A stretch of 64,000 nucleotides of DNA from Eledone cirrhosa (Eukaryota), in contig OZ024753.1 in the NCBI GenBank assembly GCA_964016885.1, forward strand, positions 20,026,001 through 20,090,000, written 5' to 3'. The notes under the pieces are model-generated. The model ran no database searches and was not told the origin of the DNA. It saw only the letters and a program-made list of their open reading frames with translations. Positions within the stretch are counted from its first letter, which is position 1. Each line of letters starts with the position of its first letter. The position numbers and the translations under genes were made by a program. Of the stretch, positions 12,303 through 24,928 are shown one piece after another.

Positions 12303-13125
12303 AGTGAAGGGTGAGGAAGAGGCTAACAGAGAAAGAGACTGCTAGAAAGGGTAAAGATACATAGAACGAAAAAGACGCACCCAGTCCATGCTGTAAAGTG
12401 GCGCTGGTGTTAGGAAGGGCATCCAACCAGTGTATCAATGCCAAAACGCTTATCAGCACAGCAACAAATAGGAACAACAACAAAATATGAAGACGCCCTT
12501 ATTATCATATTTACACATACTTTTTCCTCTGCTGCTACACGTCTTTTTCGTTCTATGTATCTTTACCCTTTCTAGCAGTTTCTCTCTCTGTTAGCCTCTT
12601 CCTCACCCTTCACTCACTCATTCTCTGTCACTACCTCTCCTCCTCCTCTTTCTTCCCGTTTGACCTGTGTGTAATTCTTTTCTCCCGCACGCTGGCCAAG
12701 CTGGTATGAATTTTTTCTCTCTCTCGTCTACGAATTCACAGAACTTATGTTTACCGAATTCGCAAACCAGACCCCTTCTTCCCCCCGTTAGACCTGTGCG
12801 AAATTCCTTCCTTGCTCACATTTCAACCAGGTTTGATGGTCTTTATTCTCTCGTTCACGATTTCACCGAATTTAAATTCATAGAAATCTGGGACTTGTCT
12901 GTTTCTTCCTCACTTTCTGTTGCTTCACCATTTTGTTTGTTTACCCTCGCGTCCCCTTTATTTACGTGTCCCAACGACTTTTTTTAGCCGTTGCTCGCAC
13001 CAACCGGAGGTATATGGTCTTTAAAGCGATGAAAAGCCTATGATGGTTGGAAGATCACTGATGAAGGACACACTTTTTTCATATGTAACCCATTTGCAAC
13101 TCCGCAGCGCCCTTATTATCATATA
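12303..13125. mobile_element. Fold-back element in (TA)n with inverted 5' part and duplicated terminus (Penelope-like architecture)
   Basis: Inverted arms 12303-12377 / 12540-12614; direct repeat cgcccttattatcatat at ~12494 and ~13108. Confidence 0.6.
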
Positions 13126-13231
13126 TATATATATATATATAAGGTTTACGCGTCAAAAAATAGCCGTCGAAATGGCTTGAGCTCTGCCGGCGGGGTCCTG
13201 AACCTTTTCCTATATAAATATAAATATATAT

Positions 13232-13832
13232 ATTTCCCAGAGATAATATCTTACGAAGTCGTATTCATTCAACACCAATGAATTTATGACATCTAATTTC
13301 TAAGGTTGAAAATCAATGTCAGTTTGGAATAAATTTTAATGAGGAATTACCATCGCAATATGTTCTGGGAAGGGAAAATCCACACCAGTGCGTTACTGGG
13401 ACTTTATTTGATCGACCCCGTAGAGATGAAAGTTATATGTTATAATTGTTTCTACTTTTGGCACAAGGCCAGCAATAACCCAGTGTATTACTGGTACTTT
13501 ATTTTATCGACCCCGTAAGGATGAAAGGCAAAGTTAACCTCGGCGGGATTTGAACTCAGAATGGCAAGGGCCGTAACTCTATGCGTCAAAGCATGGCGTC
13601 CGAGCCTCCACCGATACTGCCAATCCACCGCGCTTATATAAGTTATAATAACGATGGAACACAGCTTCCAGTGTTACGTTTCCTCCTGTAATACTGTCCA
13701 GAACATATTGCGATGGGAATTCCTCATTAAAATTTATTCCAAACTGACATTGATCTTCATCCTTAGAAATTAGATGTCATAAATTCTTTGATGTTGAATG
13801 AATACGACTTTGTAAGATATTATCTTGGAAAT
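13232..13832. repeat. ~135-bp inverted repeat enclosing SINEs
   Basis: 13232-13368 is the reverse complement of 13698-13832, with scattered mismatches. Confidence 0.85.
13443..13632 (-). mobile_element. SINE family 1, full length
   Basis: Reverse complement of 3311-3500. Confidence 0.9.
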
Positions 13833-14753
13833 CTGGATCGGTAAAATAAAGTACCAGTAATACACTGGTGTCAATTTACTCAAATTCACCCTCTCCCAGC
13901 ATTGTTGCTCTTATGCCTAAATCATAAACCATTATTTTCTCAACGAGGTTAGCTTTTGGCTTTCATCGTTGCGGGTCGATAAAATAAAGTACCAGTAACG
14001 CAATTGTGTTGATTTAATCGACTTTTCCCACCAATAAACCACTCATAAACCACTATCTCTTTGAAATCAATGAAGTGTACGGTATACAGTTACTTACTAT
14101 ACGTTCTAAAACTCGCTCTACACCAACAAATTATGTTCCATTCTTGGTGACAGTGAAAGAAAGAATACTAATTAGAAATAAAAGCTAGAGTTGTAGAGAA
14201 GCTACTGACGAACGAGTTTGATTATACGTATTGAGTTGAAACAATGGCTTAGTTATCTTTCTCCCATTTATTTAAAGCTTAGGAAATGGCAGAGCACAGA
14301 ACAATTTCCAGAGCTTCCGAGACTGTTGCTGAGAAGGAAAAATTAAACTATGACAAACCCAATGACCTGGTCCGAATGATCAGTACACCATTACATGTAC
14401 TGAAATATCAGGGGAAGTTGTTAAGCTGGGTTACGATCAAATCTACCATACTTGTGAACCACGGCAAGATTTAAACTCAAAACATATAAAGTCGAAAGAA
14501 ATACTGCAAGTTACTCTTAAATGCCACCAGCATGGTGATTGATTTACCACCCTGAAACTTAAACTCAGAAAGTAAGGAGTCAAATATAGATGGTAACATA
14601 ATACCAGAAATTTGAGTAACATTTTTTGTAACTTGTCAGACAGATATACGACAGAATGTTTGATATATATAGCTAAATATTATAAACGTGTACAGCATTG
14701 TGCCGCTTACTCTTCCACCATACAAAATAAGCAGACAAATGTTTCGTTTTGTA

Positions 14754-15133
14754 ATAATTGTTTCTACTTTTGGCACAAGGCAGGCAAATACCCAGTACAT
14801 TACTGGTACTTTATTTTATTGACCCCATAAGGATGAAACGCTAAGTTAACCTTGGCGGTATTTGAACTCAGACTGTAAAACGACATAACTATGCCGGAAA
14901 GCATGGCATCTGACGTTCTACTGATACTGCTAATCCACCTGTAATAATTGTTTCTACTTTTGGCACAAGGCCAGCAATTATCCCAGTGTATTACTGGTAC
15001 TTTATTTTATCGACCCCATCAGGATGAAAGACAAAGTTAACCTCGACGGGATTTGAACTCAGACCATAAAGGGCCGTAATTCTTTGCTGCAAAGTATGGT
15101 GTCCGATCCTCTACCGATACTGCCAATCCACCT
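14754..15133 (-). mobile_element. Two tandem SINE family 1 copies
   Basis: 14754-14940 and 14943-15133, each with head, core and tail. Confidence 0.9.
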
Positions 15134-16459
15134 GTAATTATGAAGGTAGCGTTCAATCCCATTACACCTTAAATTATAAATCATATTAACTGTAGTCTGT
15201 AAGACAAACTAGACATACGGGGACACGAGCTCGACTGATTCTACCTGAAATTCAAAGATGCAGCTTTGTCATATTTTCCTGCTAACACTGGCTGGGAATT
15301 ATATTAAAGTTACAATTTATTTGGAATACTCAGCCATTTTTAGATTTATTTAATGCGTAAGATGTTGATTTGAAATCTCCCACGAATCCTTCACTGCCGT
15401 ACACCACCATCTTTATATTTTGTCAGGTTGCTAGGCTAAAAATATTAGATATAATTAATTTTTAAAGTTCAAATATATTTTAAAAGCAGTTCTTATAAAA
15501 TGAAGTGATATTATTTTAGTTGGGTTTCGAAAGTGTATCTTCGTTAATGTCGTCGTTATTTGTGTTTCAGGCCCTAGGATATTGCTACATATCACGTACT
15601 TTAGACAACCGTAACAGGGAACAATGTTTCCACAGAAAATAAACCAATAAAAAAAATCAAGATTCTAAATATTCCATAACGCCTCTAAATACCGATTTTA
15701 ATTTTTAATCGAAACTTTTCCTTTCAATTAATATTGATTTTATTTCGTTGTGTTGATTTGCAATTTAATGATATCATTTTCAATAGTTATTATTGTCAAG
15801 ATTGATTAAAAAAAAGGTTTTACAATGAGTCAAAATCCAATCTGATTTGATTAAATGGAATTCTATAAGAAGCTCTTTTTCCAGGCAGTATTCCTTTCTT
15901 TTATTCTTTAGCAAATCTAGAAATGTTTTCTGAAATATTGAGTAGAAAACGATGTACATTTCTTTTCATAAAAAGGGAGATTAAAACGTTGATTCTTCTT
16001 CCGACTTGCTATTCTTTGCAATATTAATAATGAGACAATCCTATATCTATAAGCAGTTAATTAAGAAAAGAAAATCCCACAATGAATTTAGCTCCTTCAT
16101 ATGCACTTGAAGAGGAAAAAAGATTACATTTAGTTTAAAATATGTATTCTCCTATAGGCACAATAATCCATTTAGAAATATGAAATTTTATTATGTGTGG
16201 CGTTTATGGTGAATTTAGCAGACATTAATTCGGAAACTATATATAAAATATCAGTACAAAAATTGCTACTGAGAGTCAAAGTTTGAAAGGGACCTCAGCT
16301 GACACCACGATACCAATACCGTTCTACATATTTGACTATGTAGACAACAAGGCTTTTAAACAAGGATTGTATAAGTATTGACTATTGAAAATTCACAAAT
16401 ACTGTAATATTTTATTATAGAGTGGGGAAGTTGATAGAATAAAGAATATATATATATAT

Positions 16460-16679
16460 ATGTGGGTGGGTGTGTGTATGTGTGTCTGTGCGTGTATGTG
16501 TGTGTGTGTTGCAGTGTGTGTAACTGTGTGTGTCTGTGTGTGTGTCTGTGCGTGTGTGTGTGTGTGTGCCTGTCTGTCTGTGTGTCTGTGTGTATGTGTA
16601 AGTGTAAGTGTACGTGTGTGTGTGTGGATGTGTGTGTGTATGTGTGTGTGTGTATATGTGTGTGTGTGTGCGTGTGTAT
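16460..16679. repeat. (TG)n microsatellite
   Basis: Direct reading. Confidence 0.95.
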
Positions 16680-17000
16680 GTCAGGTTGCGCTTCAGCGCT
16701 ACTGACAACATGTAACCCAGTACAACCTGTGGAACGTCAGGTTGACTGCGACCAAACCGGCGGCAAGTCCATTAAACTTGCTTGGTGTGGAGATTATGGA
16801 CACCCTGCAAAATGAAACACAAGACCAATGAAAGGGCGAAGTAAGTCAGGACAGTCAACGACCATCTAATAACGATTTTTTTGTGGACTGAGAGACTCCT
16901 AGTCTTCATTAAGACATCTCTCTAGGAGAAGGTCATTCTGATATAAAGCCTGCGACTGCGTTTGAATACAATGATGGGAACCAGTTATACTTTTTCGATA
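16680..17000 (+). mobile_element. Diverged 5' half of RTE-derived family A/B
   Basis: gtcaggt..aacatgtaacccagtacaacctgt ... ctaggagaaggtcattctgatata. Confidence 0.7.
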
Positions 17001-17184
17001 AATGCCTTCGCTGTTCAGAGAGTAGCCAACACAAGACAAGCCAACACTAGAGCAAGAATGACGGGTCATTTTACTGACATGGCTTTAAATAGGCTGTTTG
17101 CATAATTGCAAACGAATCGAAATTTATTAATATTCGAAAAACTCAGATTACATTTATTATATATATATATATATAAATATATGA

Positions 17185-17218
<34 letters not shown>

Positions 17219-17347
17219 GAAGAGAGAGAGAAAGAGAGAGAGAGATAATGCTGAAAGGAAGTCATCTGGATATGACCGAAACATCTTCGATCGCTTTCCC
17301 ACTCACTCGATGTTTTAATTCAACTTGAAGATATCAACAAATGAAAA

Positions 17348-17628
17348 CAGAGTGCCCACTAATATATACATATGACATCAGAGTGCACACTAATATATAG
17401 ATATGACGTCAGAGTGCACACTAATATATAGATATGACGTCAGAGTGCACACTAATATATACATATAACGTCAGAGTGCACACTAATATATACATATGAC
17501 GTCAGAGTGCACACTAATATATACATATGACGTCAGAGTGCACACTAATATATAGATATGACGTCATAGTGCAAACTAATATATACATATGACGTCAGAG
17601 TACACACTAATGTATAGATATGACGTCA
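17348..17628. repeat. 31-bp minisatellite, 9 units
   Basis: Unit CAGAGTGCACACTAATATATA(C/G)ATATGACGT. Confidence 0.95.
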
Positions 17629-17769
17629 TGTATGTATAAATTTAAGATAGCTATACTCTGTAACTTTTTGAGTAACTTGTTATGGCCATCTCCCAATACT
17701 TGGAAACATCATTATACATACATACATTCATACATACATAGATACATACATACATAGATACATACATAA

Positions 17770-18400
17770 TGATAGCTGCCTCTCGTTATCGAGTATGGCC
17801 ATCGCACGAAATACCATTATTAATAATTATTAATTAATTCTATCGTGCAATGTCTGTGCGTGAAGATATTTTTTAAAGTGACGAAAGACTGTGCACTGAG
17901 CCAATCCCACTCTCTGAGCTACAGTAGCTATAACCCGAAAAGAAGAAAAGATCAGCATCATCGGTAACTACTGAGCCGCAGGTTTTATATCGGTGTTATC
18001 CCAGTTTCCTGAGTTGCCTTCTCCTAGAAGAATGCCCTGACAAAGGCTAGGAGTCCTTTACTCCCAGTGGTTTAACCGCGTGATCGGGTATCTGGTCCGA
18101 AAATTTTTGTCCCCGCGCTTATATAAAAACATGTATACATGTATATACATATATACATATATATACATATATACACATGTATACATGTATATACATTGTT
18201 TACACATTTTTGGATGGCCGTTGACTCTTATGAGTTCTTCCGCCCTTTGTCAGGATTTGTTTTTTTCCTACAGGGTGTCCAAAATCACCCTCCTCACCAA
18301 ACAAGCTTGGTGGAGTTACCGGTTTAGTCGCCGATGACCCGACCATGCGACAGGTTGTACTGGGTTACATGTTACTAGTAGCACTCAAGAGTCCCCGGAC
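17770..18400 (-). mobile_element. Non-autonomous RTE-derived family B, full length
   Basis: Shares its 5' segment and CTAGGAGAAGG motif with family A; ends CTCGATAACGAGAGGCAGCTATC + (TATG)n; copy at 46884-47408. Confidence 0.8.
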
Positions 18401-18450
18401 ATACAACACATACATACATACATACATACATACATACATACATACATACA

Positions 18451-18480
<30 letters not shown>

Positions 18481-18481
<1 letters not shown>

Positions 18482-19426
18482 GTTGCCCGGAGGCTCCAGC
18501 GTGAGAGTAATATAGATAAGGAAAGCGGTCTATCTTGGACCAACAACCGCTATATTGACTCCCACTTTGAAAGATACGCTTTTGCAATCCAAGAACAGGA
18601 AATCAACAGAAAATACCTGATTCACAAAAGAGATAGGATTGCAGGCAAAACATCTAGATGTTACAACAAGTGCAGACTCTGCAGAATTAACATCGAAGGT
18701 GTCAACCATGTAATATGCAGCTGTCCAAAGATGTCATTGCGGTACTATCTACCTATGAGTTGGCCAATGCAATCCGTAGAAAAGTTAGCCCCGACAATAA
18801 ACACATTAAGAAGCTACAGCAATGTGGAAGAGATGCATGTACATAATATGAAAGAGTACAGATATAATATGGGACCGGGAAAAGAAGGCATGTACACTAG
18901 TGAAAGTTAGCTGCCCAGCAGATGCCAATATAATATCAAAGATTAGTGAAAAGGAGAATATCTATGCAGAACCAATTAGAAATCTGCAGATTCTCCACCC
19001 TGATTATACCTTCAGATTTATACCTGTGATTGTTAGGGCACTGGGATATGTTAGTAACTGCCTCAATACAAATCTTGACGGGCAAGGCTTCACAGAAACA
19101 GAAAGAACACAACTAGTTAGGAAATTACAAGTACAATCCATTAATGGAACAGTACAAATATGTAAAACATTCCAAAAATTCTGCATCTAATAACTGCATG
19201 TACACATGTGCAGATACAAATCATATGCACATGCACACATACAACTGCACACATACAACTCAAAACATCCACATCCACACATACAATAACATCCATATCT
19301 ACACATGCATACATAATCTACCTAGTTGATATTGTGTAAATTCCAATAAGATAGTCGTGTATCTATGTTAGAAACCGACTCTCTCTCTATTGGGAACACT
19401 TTGTGAAATTATAAAACCAGAAGAAC
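18481..19426 (+). mobile_element. R4/Dong-type non-LTR retrotransposon, 5'-truncated copy with internal deletions
   Basis: CCHC and RLE remnants, common 3'UTR, end AAAACCAGAAGAAC; (CATA)n on both sides. Confidence 0.9.
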
Positions 19427-19471
19427 ATACATACATACATACATACATACATACATACATACATACATACA

Positions 19472-19503
<32 letters not shown>

Positions 19504-19601
19504 CATACATATACATATATACATATATACATATATACATATACATACATACTCACACACACATATATACATACATACATATACATACATGCATACATAC
19601 A

Positions 19602-20756
19602 TGATGGCTGCAAACTGCTAAGAGTATTGCAATCGCTTGACAGATTCAGATGTGGGACGCTGGAATATGGCTTCTCCAGCCTGCTAGGGACTTGCACTCC
19701 TTCACACACTGACGACAACTATGGAACTCCCTGGCTTGAGGTCCTGCATCAGGTTGCCCGTGAACTCTCACAACACTGTGGAGATCATAGTTCACTGGTT
19801 CTCTTTGAACATGGCTGCGACTGTGGCTCCTGAGACCAGATTTGCTCAAGCAAATTTTTCCACACTCAGGGCACTTCAATTCAATGGAGACAGATCGTTT
19901 TGCGAGATACACCAGGGCATTGCTTACGCACATCCCCTTTGATCTTCCCGTGATCTATGCGTCTGTCCTCAAAATGATGGACCCATCATTCACCATTCCA
20001 CGCTAAGTTTCTCTTTCAAGAGCTTCTATCTCCCAGTCAGCCACCAACAAACCAGCTTTTTTTCAATGAGTCCTTTACACAATCCATGAATCGGAGCTTT
20101 GGTTTGTGAGGTTGTCTCTTACCCTCACAAAGCTCGCCATACAAGAGTTGTTTTGGGATTCAATCATCCTCCATTCTGCAGAGGTGTCCGGTCCATCGCA
20201 AACGCTGTTGGTGGATGATACTCTCAATGCTCCGACACTCACTTCTCTCAAGGACCTCAACATCACTCACAAGGCATCTGCCACTTAAAACCAAGCAGCA
20301 TTCTGAGACACTGCTAATGAAACCGTTCCAGTCTGTGGATATGCAGTTTGTAGGCAACCCATGTCTCACAGGCATACAGCGAAGCTGACAGTACACATGC
20401 AGCCTACACTCTCACCTTGGTCCTCATTGTGATTCCTCGCCTGCACCAAAGACGGTCGTTGAGCCTTCCAAATGACTCACTTGCCTTACTTACGTAGACC
20501 AACTTCTGCATCCAGAGAGCAGGCCACACTCACAGTACTCTCCAAATACACAAATGTGTCAGCAGCCTTCAGCTTTTGACCGTATACGTATATGGAGGGT
20601 TCATTGAAAACTTTATCCGGAGCAGGCTGGTACATGACGACAGTCTTCTTCAGGCTTATTGTCAGTCCCAAATCACTGCACACGTTGGAAAAAGAATCCC
20701 TAAGGTGTTACATGTCACTCTGGGAGTGTGCAAAAGACATCTCAATCATCTGCATA
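19602..20756 (-). mobile_element. RTE LINE 3' fragment (RT C-half + C2H2 fingers)
   Basis: Begins at YADD; LGLTISLKKT, RLRWTGHLCRM, CPECGKICLSKSGLRSHSRSH, CRQCVKECKSLAGWRSH; ends GCAGCCATC + (TATG)n. Confidence 0.9.
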
Positions 20757-21126
20757 TATACATATACATACATACATACATATACATACATATACATATA
20801 TACATATACATACATACATATACATAAATGTGCATACATATATATATATACATACATATACATATATACATATACATACATACATACATACACACACATA
20901 CATACATACATACATATATACATACATACATACATACACCCACCCATACATACATACTTGCACACACACATACATAGATACACACATACATACACCCACA
21001 CCCACATACATACATACACCCACCCATACATACATACATACATACATACATACATACATACATACATACATACATACATACATACACACCCATACATACA
21101 TACACACACCCACACATACATACACA

Positions 21127-21166
21127 ATGGCTGCCCCCTCGTTATCGAGTATGTCCATTGCACGAG
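21127..21166 (-). mobile_element. Family B 3' end (split copy)
   Basis: atggctgccccctcgttatcgagtatgtccattgcacgag matches the first ~40 bp of 17770 and 46884. Confidence 0.75.
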
Positions 21167-21274
21167 AAAAAAAAATTAATAAATAAATAAAAAATAAAAT
21201 AAAAATAAAAAAAGAAATATATATATATATATATATATAATATAAGATCAAAAGATGGTTAAAGGAGTTCCATG

Positions 21275-21345
21275 TATTTTATTATGCGCATTTCAAAAAC
21301 AAACATCATCATGCAATAATATTTGTGTTTTCATCAGATAAAACA
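21275..21345 (-). ncRNA. Type I hammerhead ribozyme, family P4
   Basis: Minus strand: TGTTTTAT-CTGATGA-aaacac..gtttgttttt-GAAA-TGCGCA-TA-ATAAAATA. Confidence 0.85.
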
Positions 21346-21524
21346 GGAGAACATGATATGAAGGCTAAAAAATACTTGTGGATAGTGCAGTTTTAAATCA
21401 ACATATCTTATAAATCAACATATCTTTTAAATCAACATATCTTATTTATCAGTTTTAAATCAACATATTCTTATCCGATATCTGCATTGCTTTATTGTAC
21501 TACAATAAAACTCACCTCCTACAG

Positions 21525-21560
<36 letters not shown>

Positions 21561-22435
21561 TACATATACATATATGCACACACATACACACACACACACA
21601 TATACATTAATAACAATAATAATAATAATAACAACAATAATAATAACGATAACAACAATAATAATATACATATACATATATATATACACATACAAGCACA
21701 CACATAAACATATCTATACACACACACAAACGATAGCAACTAACAGCGTTGCGATCGAATGTGGCTTTTTAGCCCAGCCAATGATCTAAAATGTCTTGCA
21801 CAGAGTCGGCAACCAAAACATTCACTGGGAATAGTCGGCTGTGGTTGGAGTTCATGTACTTTTGCATGTCGCTTGAGCCCTCCTGCTGACTTACATTCTC
21901 TACCACATGTTTGGCAAGCATGATGAGTAGCATCTCCAACAGCAGCCTGGTAGTCAACCACTGGTCTTACTTTATGACTGCGAAGATGACTTTCGAGTCC
22001 AGCTTTGCTTAGTCAGAGTCTCGCACAGACGCTGCATGTCAGCACCATAGGAAGACCCTCGCCGTCTGGAAGTTCAACAGCAATGCCCTTCCTCACATCC
22101 CGCTTTACTTTTTCGTATGCGATTCGAGATGCCTCAAAGGCAACTTTTCCCTCATATACAGTCTTTCACCATTTATTATGATCAGCAGCAATATTTTCCC
22201 ATGTATCAGCAGAGATGCTAGCGTCTTTCAAAGAGGCTTTCAAGGAATCCTTATACCTCTTTTTTGGTTTATGTGGCGGTCGTTTTCCTTTAACCAACTC
22301 TCCATAAACGAGTTGTTTTGGTATTCTAGAATCCTTCATCCTGGCAAGGTGACCACTCCAACGGAGTCATTGCTTAAGCACAAGAGCTTCTATAAGGTCA
22401 CACATAGAGCTTTCCAAAATCTTGACATCACGTCG

Positions 22436-23146
22436 TCATGCCTTCATGTCGTCATGGAAAGACCTAACTAAAGCAAGGAATGTATCAGGGCAACCAAGTT
22501 TCTGGAGAACCTTCCATAATGCATTTCTGTTAACAGTATCGAAAGCTTTTGTCAGATCGACAAAAACCTGATACAGATCCAAGCCTTGTTCCATGCACTT
22601 CTCCTGGGGCTGTCTAGCTGAGAAGATCATATCAGTAGTGCCGCGTCCAGCACGAAAACCAGATTGACTTTCAGGAAGAACACAATCTGCAATGTGTGTC
22701 AGCAGACGGTCCAGAGGCACCCTACAAAAAACTTTCCCTACGACAGAAAGCAATGATACACCTCTGTAGTTCCCACAATCATTCCTGTTACCCTTTCCCT
22801 TGTACAAGACCACCATTACTGCATCTCCCCAGTCCTCAGGTACGGATTCATTAGCCCATATCCTGCCAAACAAAGAGTGAAGATGTTGCAGGAGTCTCTC
22901 ACCACCATATTGTAGGAGCTCAGCATGTATGCCATCCATACCTGGAGATCTTCCACTGTTCAGCTTCGAAATAGCCACTGCAACCTCCACAAGCGTCGGA
23001 GGTTCTGCGAGAGCTACTTTCACGGGACTTTCTGGAATGAGATTGAAGAAATCTTCACTGACGACAGACGGCTGATTCAAAAGATCATCAAAGTGCTCTC
23101 GCACTTCGTAGAATTCCTTGTGAGTCACGAAGAAGTTCTTTGCCAT
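22436..23146 (-). pseudogene. RTE reverse transcriptase N-terminal part
   Basis: SPGMDGIHAE, YKGKG..DCGNYRGVSLLS, ESQSGFRAGRGTTDMIF, FVDLTKAFDTV. Confidence 0.92.
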
Positions 23147-24302
23147 CCTTGCTGCGAAGCGGTGTCACCAGAGAAGAAGACGGTCCATAAACCTCACGCA
23201 AGAGACTGTACAACAGCTTTGTGTTATTGGAATCTGACGCAGTTTGTATCTCACCAGCCTTCTCACTCCACCACTGATCCTTCATCTGAGAAAGACTCCG
23301 CCTAACACGTGATTTTACATCCTTGAGTTCCTCATGCAACGTATTCCTCTCCTGTGGTTTTGCCGTCAAGTAGCGTGACAGAGCACGCCTCTTATCAGCC
23401 AAAAAGTCTTCTATATGTACATCATTCTCATTAAACCAGTCCTGATGTTTTCTATGCACCAATCCCAGAACACGCCTGCCTACATCATAAACCGACTTTT
23501 TAAGGGTCGGCCAAGCCTCACCAAGATCTGCAGCCTGCATCTCTTCTTCCAATGTCCTCTTCACATTTTTATCCTTAAGACGAGCAGCATTCAAACTTTT
23601 CAGCAGGGCAACACCAGGAGCCCGGATTTTACGTTTAGTGTGTAGTTTCACTTTTACGCGTACCAGGTGGTGGTTCGTCCAGCACTCAGCTCCACGAAGA
23701 GCACGAACACACTGCACATCCTGTCTGTCACGCATCCTGACTAGGACGTAGTCCAAAAGATGCCATTCCTTAGATGCAGGATGCATCCATGTGGTCTTGA
23801 ATTTGTTCTTTTGTTGGAACATGGTGTTGGTAACATACAGATCCAGCTCCTCACACATATGCAGCAGGAGCATACCATTGTTGTTACACTTTCCCACCCC
23901 ATGCCTTCCGATTACATTCCATGTGTTAAAATCCCTACCCACTCTAGCATTGAAGTCACCAAGCACGATGACTTTGTCTGCCTGAGGGATATTTCTTAAA
24001 ACACCTTTCAAGGCATGGTAAAAGAACACTTTTTCTTCATCGACAGAATTCATAGTTGGAGCATACACACTCACCAGGGTCGCATATCTTCCTTTGTCCA
24101 GCAGAACTCTCATGGACATAAGACGCTCACTAATCCCTACTGGGAATTCTTCTAATTTATTCACAAGTACAGTCTTAACAGCAAATCCTACCCCAGCCTC
24201 TCTTCTGGTTCCTTCATCTCTTCCATTACAGAAGAATGTATATTCTCTACAAAATTCTGTAAGATGACCATCTCCAGCTAACCTCGTCTCAGATAAAGCC
24301 AC
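23088..24302 (-). pseudogene. RTE apurinic-type endonuclease domain ORF
   Basis: ALSETR, GVGFAV, SVYAPT, LGDFNARVG, TWMHP..WHLLDYV, CWTNHHLV. Confidence 0.92.
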
Positions 24303-24649
24303 GATGTCAAGATCTTAACGTCGAAGCTCCTTTGCAACAAGAGCGGTCCTTCGTTCAGGACGCTCCAAAGAATCCCTGTCAAGCAGCGTCCGTACGTTCC
24401 AGCAGCCAAGACTAAATGCCTTGTTTGGCTCTATTACAAAGGCAAGATGACGAGCGGGCCAAGGCTGTGATAACCTGGGGCCCCTGCCCTTATTGCCAAT
24501 GATCTTTTTTGTTCCAGAACCTAAATTGCCAATTATCTCTTTTATATTGTTCTGGAACATCATTGAATTGGAAAAAATAAAAAAAAAATTATAATAATAG
24601 TAACAATAATAATAATAATATTAATACACTATTAATAATTATTAATGCA

Positions 24650-24928
24650 CTCGTGCAATGCCTGTGCGTGACGAATATTTTTAAAGTAAGGAAAGACTGT
24701 GCACTGAGCCAATCCCACTCTCTGAGCGACAGTAGCTATAACCCGAAAAGAAGAAAAGATCAACATCATCGGTAACATCTGAGCCGCAGGTTTTATGTCG
24801 GAGTTAACCCAGTTTCCTGAGATGCCTTCTCCTAGAAGAATGCCCTGAAAAGGGCTAGGGGTTCATCACTCCCAGTGGTTTAACTGCACGATCGGGCATC
24901 CAGCCCGATTATTTCTATGTCCCCGCGC
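24650..24928 (-). mobile_element. Family B body (other part of the split copy)
   Basis: Matches 17843-18118. Confidence 0.8.

Larger units (their letters stand above)
21728..24570 (-). mobile_element. RTE LINE, near full length with an internal RT deletion
   Basis: GCWNVRTL start, APE domain, RT N-half, a jump at ~22430 to LRWSGHLARM, then three C2H2-like fingers. Confidence 0.92.

Noticed and set aside
13030-13085. CTGATGAAGG as a hammerhead core
   Set aside because: No downstream GAAA or valid permuted fold found
15571-15650. Possible terminal exon after tttgtgtttcag with AATAAA
   Set aside because: 23 codons with no recognisable homology; such signals are common by chance in AT-rich DNA
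17348-17628. CRISPR-like periodic array
   Set aside because: Units are contiguous with no unique spacers, the context is eukaryotic, and there are no cas genes
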